Origin: Candidatus Omnitrophota bacterium
Lineage (GTDB): Bacteria > Omnitrophota > Gorgyraeia > Tantalellales > Tantalellaceae
NCBI GenBank assembly: GCA_014728045.1
Contig: WJMH01000012.1
Span: forward strand, 63,239 to 127,238
DNA: 64,000 nt
Direction of reading: 5' to 3'
The position numbers were made by a program, and so were the translations under genes. The notes below the pieces were generated by a model, which did no database searches, was not told the origin of the DNA, and saw only the letters and a list, made by a program, of their open reading frames with translations. This document shows positions 36,941 through 47,215 of the stretch, piece by piece (position 1 is the stretch's first letter; every line of letters starts with the position of its first letter).

Positions 36941-38226
36941 ACATACTGATGATGACCAATACATACGTGCCCATTGTGGGCGGTATAGAACGGTCAATCG
37001 AGGACTTTTCCTCTGAATACCGGTCCATGGGACATAAGGTTCTCATAGTCGCCCCGAGTTTCAAAAATATGCCTGAAGAGGAAGAGGGGGTCTTTAGGAT
37101 CCCCGCCATACAGAACTTCAACGGAACCGATTTTTCGGTAGAGGTGCCTGTTCCCGGAAGATTGGAAGGTGTGCTTGAGCGGTTCTCTCCTGATATTGTC
37201 CATTCGCACCATCCTTTTCTCGTGGGTGACACGGCCCTGAGGATATCCGCCAATCGCAAGATACCCATAGTTTTTACTCACCACACGCGTTATGAGATGA
37301 ACACACATTATGTGCCCGGTGATTCGGAGGCTCTTAAGAAATTCGTCGTGGAGCTCTCGGTCGGCTATTGCAATCTTTGCGACGAGGTGATAGCGCCCAG
37401 TGAAAGCATAGAAGATCTTTTGAGGGAGCGCGGCGTGGAGACGGAAATAGTTACCATACCAACCGGCATAAAAGTGTCTGAATTCTCCCGAGGTGACGGG
37501 GATGCCTCCAGAAAGAAGCTCGGTATACCGCCTGAAGCCTTCTGTGTCGGATACCTGGGCAGGATAGCCCAGGAGAAGAACATGCTTTATCTGATGGATG
37601 AGGTCGCGCCTTTTCTGAGTGATGAGGCGCGAGCGCATTTTCTGCTCGTGGGTGGCGGGGACCTTGTTGATGAACTGAAGGAGAAGGCTCGCAGCATGGG
37701 TATTTCACAGAGGACGCATTTTGCGGGTTTACTCAAAGGGCAGGATAAGATCGATGCATATCATGCCATGGATGTACTGGTCTTCTCCTCCAAGAGCGAG
37801 ACGCAGGGGTTGGTCCTTGCCGAAGCCATGGCCTCGGGAGTGCCTGTTATAGGGATCGACGCCCCGGGAGTGCGGGAAGTCATAGATTCCGGGAACAACG
37901 GATTTCTGGTGGGGAACGGCGAAAGAGGCTCTTTCGCGGGGAGGCTCAAAGAGTTGCTTGAAATGGATGAGAGAAGCAGGGATTCTTTCCGCAAAGCCGC
38001 TTTTTCAACGGCTGAGAAGTTCGCTTACACGAAAAGCGTCGAAAGGACCCTGGATACATATAAGCGGGCCATAGCGCGTAAACGCCCACGCAGGAATACT
38101 GACCGGAGCACGTGGGCTTCTTCAAAAAGAGCGATACAGAAAGAGATGCAGATAATAACCAACGTGGTCAAATCCGCGGGGGCGATATTCAATCCCAAAA
38201 AGGATGAACATGAAGCCGGAAAGTGA
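36937..38226 (+). CDS. GT4 family glycosyltransferase
   Basis: 'YVPIVGG', 'HSHHPF', 'GRIAQEKN', 'SETQGLVLAEAMASG'. Confidence 0.92.
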   Translation: MNILMMTNTYVPIVGGIERSIEDFSSEYRSMGHKVLIVAPSFKNMPEEEEGVFRIPAIQNFNGTDFSVEVPVPGRLEGVLERFSPDIVHSHHPFLVGDTALRISANRKIPIVFTHHTRYEMNTHYVPGDSEALKKFVVELSVGYCNLCDEVIAPSESIEDLLRERGVETEIVTIPTGIKVSEFSRGDGDASRKKLGIPPEAFCVGYLGRIAQEKNMLYLMDEVAPFLSDEARAHFLLVGGGDLVDELKEKARSMGISQRTHFAGLLKGQDKIDAYHAMDVLVFSSKSETQGLVLAEAMASGVPVIGIDAPGVREVIDSGNNGFLVGNGERGSFAGRLKELLEMDERSRDSFRKAAFSTAEKFAYTKSVERTLDTYKRAIARKRPRRNTDRSTWASSKRAIQKEMQIITNVVKSAGAIFNPKKDEHEAGK

Positions 38227-39865
38227 CAACGGACAGAAAATACTTAAAGGAAAAAGTATCAGTAAAGGATATTCAACAGGCAGTGCTTTTCTCTACCAGG
38301 ACATTCTTTCAAGGAACCTCCATTATTACAGCATAGAGAAGGAGGATGTCTCCAGGGAGCTCGCCAGGATAAAAGAGGCCTTCGGAAGAGTTCTTGAGGA
38401 CATTGAAAGCCTGGAGAAGAACGTTAAGGACGAGCTTGGCAGGGAACAGGCGGGTATCTTTAAAGCCCACGCTGAGATACTCAAGGACAAGGTTCTGCTC
38501 GAAGACATAGAGAAGGAACTTAAGACCGAACTGGTGAACGCAGAGCACGCCGTAAAGAACGTTTTCCGAAGGTGGGCGAACAAGTTCCGCGCCGCCAAGA
38601 ACGAAATGGTGAAGAGCAAGGCGGAAGATATGGAGGACCTGAGCAGGAAGGTCCTTTGCTCTTTCATGAGATGCGAAGTGAATATCCTGGAGAACATACC
38701 GCCGGGAAGCGTGATAGTGGCCAGGAGGCTACTGCCTTCCGATACGGTCAGGCTAAAAAGAAAGAACGTGAATGGCATAGTGGTCGAACAGGGAAGCCCT
38801 GTTTCCCACAGCGCGATCATAGCCAGATCGCTGGGTATACCCGGGGTCGCCGAGGTAAAGGGTGCTTTGGGGGAGATAAATCGCGGCGATGAACTTATCC
38901 TCGACGGGTATAAAGGTACGGTGATAAAGAACCCAACCGGCAAGGAAAAGACTTTTTACGGGGAAGTGATCGATAAAGAGAAAAAAGTGCAGGAAAAGCT
39001 CATAAAAAAAGCCGGGAATATAGCAAAAACACGCGACGAAAAGCTCATAAAGGTCTATGCTAATATCGCTTCTGTTGAAGATGTCAAGGTGGCGGTGAGC
39101 AGGGGCTGCGACGGTATAGGCCTGTTGAGGATAGAGCAGCTTTACATGTATTCCAAGATACTTCCCGATGAGAAGTATCTGGTCAAGAACCTTTCAAGGA
39201 TACTTAAACCCGCAGAAAATAAGCTCGTCACTCTGAGACTTCTGGATATAGGCGCTGATAAGCAGCTGCCATATATCGACATAGAGGATGAGCCCAGCCC
39301 AGTACTGGGTCTCAGGGGCGTCAGACTGCTTTTAAAGTACAAGAACCTGCTAATGACACAGCTGAAGGCCGCGTATATACTATCCAAGGACCACCAGATA
39401 AGGCTTCTGGTTCCGATAGTCACGTTCCATCAGGAGATAGAAGAGCTCAGGCAGATCGCCACTGAATGCAAGAGGCAGTTGAAGATCCGTTATGGCCTGA
39501 AGCGCAAAGATATCCCCATAGGGGCCATGATAGAGACCCCGGCTGCCGTGGAGAACATAGAAAAGATCGCCGATGTTTCCGATTTTCTGAGCATAGGCAC
39601 CAACGACCTTGTGCAGTACTCGGTGGCGGCGGGGCGGGACAACCCGAACGTGTCGGAGTATTACGAAAAAGGGTCTGACCTTGCAATGAAATACATACAC
39701 AGGGTACGCAGATCAGCGGCGAGGCATGGAATAGAATGCAGCGTCTGCGGGGAGATGGCCAGTGAACTGAAATGGATAAAACCGCTTATCGATGTCGGTA
39801 TCAATGTCCTGAGCGTTTCCCCTTATCTGATACCTTTGATAAAGGACAGTATAAGAAAGATATGA
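38204..39865 (+). CDS. PEP-protein phosphotransferase (PTS enzyme I), second orphan copy
   Basis: Phospho-His '[13 protein letters not shown]', 'GIGLLR.E', 'DIGADK', 'MIETP', 'SIGTNDL', 'CGEMA'. Confidence 0.9.
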   Translation: MNMKPESDNGQKILKGKSISKGYSTGSAFLYQDILSRNLHYYSIEKEDVSRELARIKEAFGRVLEDIESLEKNVKDELGREQAGIFKAHAEILKDKVLLEDIEKELKTELVNAEHAVKNVFRRWANKFRAAKNEMVKSKAEDMEDLSRKVLCSFMRCEVNILENIPPGSVIVARRLLPSDTVRLKRKNVNGIVVEQGSPVSHSAIIARSLGIPGVAEVKGALGEINRGDELILDGYKGTVIKNPTGKEKTFYGEVIDKEKKVQEKLIKKAGNIAKTRDEKLIKVYANIASVEDVKVAVSRGCDGIGLLRIEQLYMYSKILPDEKYLVKNLSRILKPAENKLVTLRLLDIGADKQLPYIDIEDEPSPVLGLRGVRLLLKYKNLLMTQLKAAYILSKDHQIRLLVPIVTFHQEIEELRQIATECKRQLKIRYGLKRKDIPIGAMIETPAAVENIEKIADVSDFLSIGTNDLVQYSVAAGRDNPNVSEYYEKGSDLAMKYIHRVRRSAARHGIECSVCGEMASELKWIKPLIDVGINVLSVSPYLIPLIKDSIRKI

Positions 39866-39908
39866 AGACCCTGCTATTAGCGGGAACCGCGAAGAATATG
39901 GAGGCCGG

Positions 39909-40997
39909 ATGAATAGAAGCGCTGTTCGGGTGACGATCGGCATCCTGGGGGTGATCGCTCTTGTCGCCTTTTTTAACGGACGCCGGACCAATACCGCAAC
40001 AGGTGGAAGGAGAGGGATTAATATGGATAAAGCGACTTTTGCCGGAGGATGTTTCTGGTGTATGGAGCCCGCCTTCGAACAGCTGGACGGGGTCTCTGAG
40101 GTGATCGCCGGCTATACAGGCGGCAGAGTGAAGGATCCCACTTATGAAGAGGTTTCCGGAGGGGACACCGGCCATTACGAGGCGGTACAGGTTATTTACG
40201 ATCCTTCGAGAGTTTCATACCGGCAGCTGCTCGATGTGTTCTGGAAACAGATAGATCCGACCGATACCGGCGGACAGTTCGCCGACAGGGGAGCGCAGTA
40301 TAAGACCGCCGTTTTTTATCATGATGAGGAGCAGAAGCGCCTTGCCGAAGAGTCCAGAGATGAACTTGAGGCCTCTGGCAAGTTCCAGGAACCTGTCGCC
40401 ACGAAGATAATCGAAGCTTCCGAATTCTATGAAGCCGAGGAATACCACCAGGACTATTACAGGAAGAACCCGCGGGCGTACGGCTCCTACAAGAAAGGGT
40501 CCGGGAGGAAAGATTATCTTGAAGAGAAATGGGGAGGCGAGAAAAAGACCCGGGATTACGAAAAACCCTCGAAGGCTGAACTTAAGGAGAAGCTGACAGC
40601 TCTCCAGTGCAGTGTGACGCAGGAAGGGGCCACTGAAAGGCCTTTCCAGAACGAGTACTGGGACAACAAAAAGCCGGGTATTTACGTGGATGTCGTTTCC
40701 GGAGAGCCGCTTTTCAGTTCCCTCGACAAGTTCGAGTCGGGCACGGGATGGCCGAGTTTTACCAGGCCGCTGGAACCCGGTAACATCGTGGAGGTAGAGG
40801 ATAGAGGCCTTTTGACCGTAAGGACGGAGGTAAGGAGCAGAAAGGCTGATTCTCATCTCGGTCATGTCTTCGAGGACGGTCCCGAGCCCACAGGTCTGAG
40901 GTACTGCATAAATTCGGCAGCACTCAGGTTCATCCCCAAGGAGGACTTGGAAAAAGAGGGCTACGGAGAATACAAGGAGCTGTTCGATCAGAAATGA
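39909..40997 (+). CDS. msrAB: Bifunctional methionine sulfoxide reductase MsrA-MsrB with N-terminal anchor
   Basis: 'AGGCFWC', 'AEEYHQDYY', 'SGTGWPSF', 'HLGHVF', 'RYCINSA'. Confidence 0.95.
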   Translation: MNRSAVRVTIGILGVIALVAFFNGRRTNTATGGRRGINMDKATFAGGCFWCMEPAFEQLDGVSEVIAGYTGGRVKDPTYEEVSGGDTGHYEAVQVIYDPSRVSYRQLLDVFWKQIDPTDTGGQFADRGAQYKTAVFYHDEEQKRLAEESRDELEASGKFQEPVATKIIEASEFYEAEEYHQDYYRKNPRAYGSYKKGSGRKDYLEEKWGGEKKTRDYEKPSKAELKEKLTALQCSVTQEGATERPFQNEYWDNKKPGIYVDVVSGEPLFSSLDKFESGTGWPSFTRPLEPGNIVEVEDRGLLTVRTEVRSRKADSHLGHVFEDGPEPTGLRYCINSAALRFIPKEDLEKEGYGEYKELFDQK

Positions 40998-41308
40998 AGA
41001 AATGCCCCCGATGCAAGAGGACCTATGACGCTTCTTGGGATGTTTGCCTGTACTGCCGCGAGGAACTCGCTCCGGCGGAAGAGATAGCGGGCGAATATTA
41101 TCTGGGCGACCTGGTCTCGCCCAGAGACAGGTTCCTCATCGTCATGTATTCGCTTTTACTCATCCTGATGACGCCACTATTGATCCTGCTCATCTATATA
41201 ACCTATTTCAGTAATCTGGAACTGGGTTTCCGCAAGAGCGAGGAGGGCCAGCTCCGCCAGGCCATTTATTTCGAGGAAGAGGAGGAGAAAAAGAAGGCAG
41301 ATAAGTGA
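40994..41308 (+). CDS. Zinc-ribbon plus TM hypothetical protein
   Basis: CPRC...CLYC and one TM helix; ATGA overlap with msrAB. Confidence 0.6.
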   Translation: MKKCPRCKRTYDASWDVCLYCREELAPAEEIAGEYYLGDLVSPRDRFLIVMYSLLLILMTPLLILLIYITYFSNLELGFRKSEEGQLRQAIYFEEEEEKKKADK

Positions 41309-41390
41309 GGCGGCCTGAAATGGACTTCACGGCCATCAGGCGCGCAGTTTGTTCTTTATCCTTTAGCATTTATACATTATAATATCAACC

Positions 41391-42194
41391 ATGACTTCAA
41401 CCAGAAATAGACCCATAGGCATATTCGATTCCGGTATAGGCGGTCTTACGGTCGTAAGGAGCGTCAGAAGATACCTGCCGGATGAGGATATCGTATATTT
41501 CGGGGATACCGCACGTGTGCCTTACGGTAATAAATCTAAATCGACGGTTATACGCTTCTCCCGTGAAGTAATGGATTTTATGATCTCTAAAAAGGTCAAA
41601 ATGGTGATAGTCGCGTGCAACACCGCATCCAGTCTCAGTCTGGCCTCGCTGAAGAGGAATTACAAGATACCTGTCATCGGTGTTATCACCCCCGGTGCGG
41701 AAGAGGCTATCAAGTTTTCCAGTAACAGGAGGATCGGGGTAATAGGTACCAACTCGACCGTTGCCAGCGGAGCCTATCAGAAGGCCATAAACAAGATAGA
41801 CCGCAGATACAAGGTCTTCAGCAAGAGCTGTCCTCTTTTCGTGCCGCTGGTGGAGAACAGGTTCTTTGCTGACCCCATTACCCGGCACGTGGCGCGCCTT
41901 TATCTGAACGGCCTTAAGAAGAAGAACATCAGCTCTCTAATACTGGGATGTACGCATTATCCGCTGCTTAAAGGTATTATCGGGCAGGTCATGGGCGAAG
42001 TAAAACTGGTAGATTCATCTATAGCCGTGGCCAAGTACGCCAAAAGATCCCTTAAACAGAACGATCTCCGTCCGCAAAGGCGCCGCCGGAAAGGCAAAGC
42101 CAGATTCTACGTCAGCGACGACCCGGAAGGGTTCAAAAGGTCCGCTGGCATATTCCTTAGAAAAAGCATAAAGGTGAGCAAGGTAACCATATGA
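41391..42194 (+). CDS. murI: Glutamate racemase
   Basis: 'FDSGIGG', 'VACNTAS', 'LGCTHYP'. Confidence 0.96.
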   Translation: MTSTRNRPIGIFDSGIGGLTVVRSVRRYLPDEDIVYFGDTARVPYGNKSKSTVIRFSREVMDFMISKKVKMVIVACNTASSLSLASLKRNYKIPVIGVITPGAEEAIKFSSNRRIGVIGTNSTVASGAYQKAINKIDRRYKVFSKSCPLFVPLVENRFFADPITRHVARLYLNGLKKKNISSLILGCTHYPLLKGIIGQVMGEVKLVDSSIAVAKYAKRSLKQNDLRPQRRRRKGKARFYVSDDPEGFKRSAGIFLRKSIKVSKVTI

Positions 42195-43039
42195 GCACGA
42201 GGCAAGTGGATGTCGCCAGAGTCTCCGATGCCGTGGAGGAACTGTTCCTCAGGGCCAACACGGTCCTGAGGAAAGACGTGACAAAGGCGTTGAAAGACCT
42301 ATACGAAAAGGAACAGAAGCCTCTTCCGAAAAAGATGCTGGGAGTTCTTCTTGAGAATCGCGACATAGCCGAAAAGAAGAATATACCCATCTGCCAGGAT
42401 ACCGGTGTTGCGGTCGTTTTCTTGAAGGTCGGCAGGAGCGTGGCCTTTACTGGCGGGGAACTTATGGATGCGGTGGATGCGGGTGTCCGCCGTGCATACG
42501 AAAAGGGCGGTCTTCGCAAGTCCGTCGTCGAAGATCCGGTTCTCAGGGGGAATACCGGTACTAATACGCCCGCTTTCGTGCATGCCGAGATCGTTCCCGG
42601 GGACAAGATCGGGATAACGGCCATGCCCAAGGGGTTCGGCAGCGAGAATAAAAGCGTGCTCTGCATGCTAGACCCTACAAGTGGAGAGGATGCCATAACC
42701 GATCTTTGCGTCGAGTCCGTCCGAAGCACCGGTCCTGATGCCTGCCCTCCTTATGTTCTTGGTGTGGGTATAGGCGCTACGGCGGATCTATGCTGTCTTC
42801 TCGCCAAAAAGGCTCTCTTAAGAGATGTTGATTCAAGTAATCCGGCCCAACACCTGGGGCGGCTTGAACAAGCTATCAAGGAGGAAGTGAACCGGCTCGG
42901 GATAGGGGTGATGGGGCTTGGAGGGATTTCAACGGTCATGGGCGTTAATATCGAAGCGGCCCCGACTCATATAGCCGGCCTTCCCGTGGCCATAAACCTG
43001 TCGTGCCATGCACTTCGCAGCGCGGATATGGTCATTTAA
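42191..43039 (+). CDS. Fe-S hydro-lyase (fumarate/tartrate family), alpha subunit
   Basis: 'PICQDTG', 'KGFGSEN', 'ACPP', 'HIAGLPVA...SCHA'. Confidence 0.92.
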   Translation: MSTRQVDVARVSDAVEELFLRANTVLRKDVTKALKDLYEKEQKPLPKKMLGVLLENRDIAEKKNIPICQDTGVAVVFLKVGRSVAFTGGELMDAVDAGVRRAYEKGGLRKSVVEDPVLRGNTGTNTPAFVHAEIVPGDKIGITAMPKGFGSENKSVLCMLDPTSGEDAITDLCVESVRSTGPDACPPYVLGVGIGATADLCCLLAKKALLRDVDSSNPAQHLGRLEQAIKEEVNRLGIGVMGLGGISTVMGVNIEAAPTHIAGLPVAINLSCHALRSADMVI

Positions 43040-43048
43040 AAGGGTAAC

Positions 43049-43585
43049 ATGAAAAGAATAAGCGCTCCATTACAGAAAGATCAGATAAAAGACCTGAAGC
43101 CTGGTGAAGAGGTCCTCTTGGCGGGGACGGTTTATACGGCGCGCGACCAGGCGCATAAGCGCATGGCACTTGCTCTGGAGAAGAAAGAGGCCCTGCCGCT
43201 TGAACTTGACGGGCAAGTCATCTTCTACTGCGGGCCAACGCCTCCGGGCGAAAGGGTCATAGGCTCCTGCGGGCCCACCACATCCAGTCGGATGGATCCG
43301 TTCACTCCGGCCATCCTGCGGGCGGGCGTTAAAGGCCTGATAGGAAAGGGGAAGCGTTCCCCTGAAGTCGCAAGAGCCATAAAGGAGAAGGGAGCGGTGT
43401 ATTTTATCGCACCCGGCGGCGCGGGCGCGTACCTCAGCGAGAGAGTGAGGCAGAGCCGTGTGGTCGCTTTCGAAGGCCTGGGGACCGAGGCGATATACAT
43501 GCTCGAGGTGGAGGATTTTCCTCTGGTGGTCGGTATAGACAGCCAGGGAAGGGATATTTACGCGAAGGAAGAAGGGGAACAATGA
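43049..43585 (+). CDS. Fe-S hydro-lyase (fumarate/tartrate family), beta subunit
   Basis: 'TARDQAHKR', 'GPTTSSRM', 'IGKG'. Confidence 0.92.
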   Translation: MKRISAPLQKDQIKDLKPGEEVLLAGTVYTARDQAHKRMALALEKKEALPLELDGQVIFYCGPTPPGERVIGSCGPTTSSRMDPFTPAILRAGVKGLIGKGKRSPEVARAIKEKGAVYFIAPGGAGAYLSERVRQSRVVAFEGLGTEAIYMLEVEDFPLVVGIDSQGRDIYAKEEGEQ

Positions 43586-44304
43586 GAAGAGGCGGAAGAA
43601 CAGCGGTAAGTTTAAGAAAGGTCAATGTAGTTACCGATTATATCAAGTATCCGGAAGGTTCCTGTCTTTTTGAGCTGGGCAACACGCGCGTCATCTGCAC
43701 GGCCAGCATCGAGGACGGGGTGCCGTTATTTTTGAGGGGGCAGGGAACCGGATGGATAACCTCCGAATATTCGATGCTGCCAAGGTCCTGCCAGAAGCGG
43801 ATCTCCAGAGAATCCACCAAAGGCAGAAAGAGCGGCAGGACCCACGAGATACAGCGGCTTATAGGCCGTTCCCTGAGGGGAGTGGTGGACCTGGACGCTT
43901 TGGGTGAACGGACCATATGGATGGATTGCGACGTGATACAGGCTGACGGGGGCACGCGGTGCGCCAGCATAACGGGCAGCTTCATAGCTCTCTGCATGGC
44001 GCTGGAGAAGTTAAAAAAGCGCGGTATTTTTGACAGGCTTCCTCTGAGGCATTTCCTTGCGGCGGTGAGCGTGGGTGTTGTGGACGGCAAGAGCCTGCTT
44101 GACCTTGATTATGATGAAGATTCCCGGGCGGAGGTAGACATGAACGTTGTAATGACCGATTCGGGCAAGTTCGTGGAAGTCCAGGGTACCGCCGAAAGGG
44201 AGCCCTTCAGCCAGTCGGTGATGGATGAATTGATGAAACTAGCCAGGAGAGGCGTGAAAAAACTCATCAAAGAACAGAAGTTAGCACTGAAAGGAGTGGT
44301 TTGA
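43582..44304 (+). CDS. rph: Ribonuclease PH
   Basis: 'EYSMLPR', '[15 protein letters not shown]', '[11 protein letters not shown]', 'EVQGTAE'. Confidence 0.97.
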   Translation: MRRGGRTAVSLRKVNVVTDYIKYPEGSCLFELGNTRVICTASIEDGVPLFLRGQGTGWITSEYSMLPRSCQKRISRESTKGRKSGRTHEIQRLIGRSLRGVVDLDALGERTIWMDCDVIQADGGTRCASITGSFIALCMALEKLKKRGIFDRLPLRHFLAAVSVGVVDGKSLLDLDYDEDSRAEVDMNVVMTDSGKFVEVQGTAEREPFSQSVMDELMKLARRGVKKLIKEQKLALKGVV

Positions 44305-44915
44305 TGCTGGAGATACTTGTGGCTACGCATAACAAGAACAAAAGGCGCGAGATAAGCGCGCTTCTGAGCGGATATAGAAAGAAGACCAAGGTCAAGAACC
44401 TGGATGACCTTAATACCCAGCCTCCCATGATAGTTGAGAACGGCAAGACGTTCCGCCAGAACGCCGTGAAAAAAGCGGTAACTGTTTCAAAATATTTCAA
44501 CGGTCTGGTGGTTGCGGACGATTCCGGTCTTGAGGTGAACGCCCTGGGCGGTAAACCCGGGGTACGTTCGGCGAGGTTCGCCAGGGCCAAAGCCACCGAT
44601 CTTGAGAATAACCAGAAGCTTTTGAAGCTTCTTGAGAAGATGCCTAAAAAGGATCGCAAGGCCAGGTTCGTATGCAATATCGCGCTTGCCGCAGGTGGCA
44701 TCCTTCTTGAAACTTTTGAAGGTACAATTGACGGCAGGATAGTAAGCAGCCCCAGGGGCGAGAACGGGTTTGGTTACGATCCGCTTTTCGTGCCCGAAGA
44801 CCATGACAAGACCTTCGCTGAGATGGCGCCCGCGTACAAGAACAAGATCAGCCACAGGGGAAGGGCTCTGCGTAAGATGAAGAGAGTGCTCAAAAAATAC
44901 GTGGAGGCGAACTAG
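44301..44915 (+). CDS. rdgB: Non-canonical purine NTP pyrophosphatase (HAM1)
   Basis: 'ATHN..K', 'DDSGL', 'PGVRSAR', 'GFGYDP', 'SHRG'. Confidence 0.95.
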   Translation: MMLEILVATHNKNKRREISALLSGYRKKTKVKNLDDLNTQPPMIVENGKTFRQNAVKKAVTVSKYFNGLVVADDSGLEVNALGGKPGVRSARFARAKATDLENNQKLLKLLEKMPKKDRKARFVCNIALAAGGILLETFEGTIDGRIVSSPRGENGFGYDPLFVPEDHDKTFAEMAPAYKNKISHRGRALRKMKRVLKKYVEAN

Positions 44916-44918
44916 CCT

Positions 44919-46532
44919 TTATTTGGTCCATCTGGGCTCTTCCAGAGTTCCCGTCAGGCGTGTTTTTCCCAGGAACCTTCCGAAACTCACGATAGCGTTC
45001 CTGAGCGCTGTCGTCCATTCCTGATCCTCTGCGGAAGGGTCGAGGAGGCGGTTCTCGAAAACCAGATCGAGTCTGCCGTCAAAGTCCACGTACCCTTCGC
45101 TGTTTATGGTTATGTCTTCACCGTGAAGGATCAGGTCATCCGTTTCGACGCGGCGGTTCTTTATCCTGAAACTCATTGACGCGCTGTCGATCTTTACCGG
45201 TTTTATGGCCGGGACCACTGCCTGCGCGGCTATATACACGTCTCCGAGTAGGGGGGTGAGTATAGGCATTGGCCCCAGGTCCGCTTCGGAGATCTTCACG
45301 CTGCCACTTCCGGAAAAAGTACTGGTCTCTTTCGCGTATCCGCTCAGTTCAAGCCCCAGATGGAAATTGCCGTAGATGTTCCCCTTATTACCCGTAAGAT
45401 CGCCCATGAGCCTGCCGAAATCCAGATCGTTAAGGCTTATATCCAGCATGAAGGGAAGATCCCTGTCCGCCAGGTCCATCTTAAGGCCCCCGCCCAGAAC
45501 GCCCCCGTAAATCACGCCGTTAATAAGCGGTATATGCAGCCTGCCGCCTGTCACGGTGGGCTTGGCCGAGAGCTCTTTTATGCGGAGCTTGTCTATTTTA
45601 AGGTCCGTAGCCGAGACGGTAGATCGTATCTGCCAATTTTCCGGGAGCATGCCGGTCACTGCCAGGAAAAGGTTGATCCTTACTCGTCCTTTCATGGGAT
45701 GCGCTCTTGCGAACCTGCCGATCTCACCGGGCATTTCCGGGAAGGACTCCAGCTGGGTATTGACCGTTCCGTTAACGGAAAGCCTGAAATTCTCACCGAG
45801 AAGGTCAAGAGCTTCTCCCTTAAGGTCGAAGCGAAGGGTGTAGAACATGCCCCTGAACTCTTCTATCAGAAGATCCGTCCGGTTCACCACCAATCGAGAA
45901 GTGAAACCGAGGTTACGCGACCGCACGGAAAGATCATAGGCAGACCTTTCTTTCTCTTTTCGAGTGAAATCCGCCAGGTATTCGGTGTCTTTGCATTCAA
46001 AGTGCAGCTTTCCGCTGGTTATGGTCCCCCGATCCATTTCAAGGATACCGAAGATGTCCCGTAAGGTAAGCTCGGTGTTGCCGGCAACTGCTTCCAGTAT
46101 CGAGACAGACTCTATAAGATCGGTATCCGCCGCTTCGGCGTAAGTGGCCGCCTTTCGCGAAAGCGTGCGGAGGGTGAAGTTGGTTATGAGGTCCGTGGAA
46201 TGAAACCCCTCGACCACCAGCGTGGTCTTAAGGCGTTTCTCCCGTAATAGTTTCAGCATATCGACGGTTATCGTGACGCTGTTGATGTCCGCCAGAGTAT
46301 CCTCCGCCTCGTTCACTCCGGATATGGCAACGTGATCCAGAATGACGGATTGGAAGGGGAGGTAACGCACCGAACCTATGCGAACAGGCCTGTTAAGTGC
46401 CTCGGACATAAACCGGGTAGCCTCAAGGCGTATCCTCCTGTGGATATCCTCTTTGTTCACCGAATACACCGTGACCAGAGTTATGGCCGTAAGGAGGATT
46501 AATAATAAAAGGATTTTCAAGAAAGTTCTCAT
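44919..46532 (-). CDS. AsmA family protein
   Basis: N-terminal TM helix, beta-rich body, C-terminal 'G.VDFDGRLD...LTGTLEEP'. Confidence 0.7.
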   Translation of the reverse strand: MRTFLKILLLLILLTAITLVTVYSVNKEDIHRRIRLEATRFMSEALNRPVRIGSVRYLPFQSVILDHVAISGVNEAEDTLADINSVTITVDMLKLLREKRLKTTLVVEGFHSTDLITNFTLRTLSRKAATYAEAADTDLIESVSILEAVAGNTELTLRDIFGILEMDRGTITSGKLHFECKDTEYLADFTRKEKERSAYDLSVRSRNLGFTSRLVVNRTDLLIEEFRGMFYTLRFDLKGEALDLLGENFRLSVNGTVNTQLESFPEMPGEIGRFARAHPMKGRVRINLFLAVTGMLPENWQIRSTVSATDLKIDKLRIKELSAKPTVTGGRLHIPLINGVIYGGVLGGGLKMDLADRDLPFMLDISLNDLDFGRLMGDLTGNKGNIYGNFHLGLELSGYAKETSTFSGSGSVKISEADLGPMPILTPLLGDVYIAAQAVVPAIKPVKIDSASMSFRIKNRRVETDDLILHGEDITINSEGYVDFDGRLDLVFENRLLDPSAEDQEWTTALRNAIVSFGRFLGKTRLTGTLEEPRWTK

Positions 46533-46591
46533 GACGGAGTAAGTATAACACAGTCAAGACCCGGCGGGCAAGTGGGCGCCAGGCCGGATAA

Positions 46592-46624
46592 AGTAAAAAA
46601 CCCGGCAAAGCCGGGTTTTTTACT
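46592..46624 (-). terminator. Terminator of the minus-strand tRNA cluster
   Basis: AGTAAAAAACCCGGC-aaa-GCCGGGTTTTTTACT. Confidence 0.8.
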
Positions 46625-46628
46625 GAAC

Positions 46629-46705
46629 TGGCACGCCCGACAGGATTCGAACCTGTGACCCTCTGCTTAGAAGGCAGATGCTCTATCCGGCTGAGCTACG
46701 GGCGC
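46629..46705 (-). tRNA. tRNA-Arg(UCU)
   Basis: Anticodon arm TCTGC-CTTCTAA-GCAGA; CCA encoded. Confidence 0.95.
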
Positions 46706-46734
46706 AATCGGTTAAATAACATATTGACTAATTC

Positions 46735-46818
46735 TGGTGCGGATGGAGGGACTCGAACCCCCACGGTAAAACCACTGGCTCCTAAGGCCAGCGCGTCTGC
46801 CAGTTCCGCCACATCCGC
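46735..46818 (-). tRNA. tRNA-Leu(UAG)
   Basis: Arm CTGGC-CTTAGGA-GCCAG; long variable arm; CCA. Confidence 0.95.
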
Positions 46819-46829
46819 TGATATCATAA

Positions 46830-46907
46830 TGGTCGGGAAGGTGGGATTCGAACCCACGACCCCCTGCTCCCAAAGCAGGTACGCTAGCCAAACTGCGCCA
46901 CTTCCCG
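46830..46907 (-). tRNA. tRNA-Pro(UGG)
   Basis: 5' CGGGAAG; arm CCTGC-TTTGGGA-GCAGG; CCA. Confidence 0.95.
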
Positions 46908-47056
46908 TTTGTAACCATATATAGCTCTAAGCACTTGCATTGATGAACAAGATTTATAATTATAACAACGTGATTTTTATAAGTCAACTCGCATTTTTTT
47001 AATTGACTTAAGGCTTTCGAGCACATAGAATAAGGATTCGTCTAGGTTATTCTTGT

Positions 47057-47133
47057 GGTGGGCGTAGCTCAGTTGGTAGAGCGCCTGACTGTGGCTCAGG
47101 TTGTCGTGGGTTCAAATCCCATCGCTCACCCCA
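47057..47133 (+). tRNA. tRNA-His(GUG)
   Basis: G-1 encoded; arm CCTGA-CTGTGGC-TCAGG; C73 plus CCA. Confidence 0.95.
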
Positions 47134-47135
47134 TC

Positions 47136-47177
47136 TTAACGGAAAAGCCGGTCCTTCGGGCCGGCTTTTTTCGTTAA
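47136..47177 (+). terminator. Terminator after tRNA-His
   Basis: AAAAGCCGGTCC-TTCG-GGCCGGCTTTTTT. Confidence 0.8.
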
Positions 47178-47215
47178 TCCTTTCAAATACATATGTTCTA
47201 GGGTATAATACCGGC

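Noticed and set aside
46655-47026. Small ORFs over the tRNA cluster, also 17496..17776 and 58093..58464
   Set aside because: They overlap tRNA genes and are spurious.
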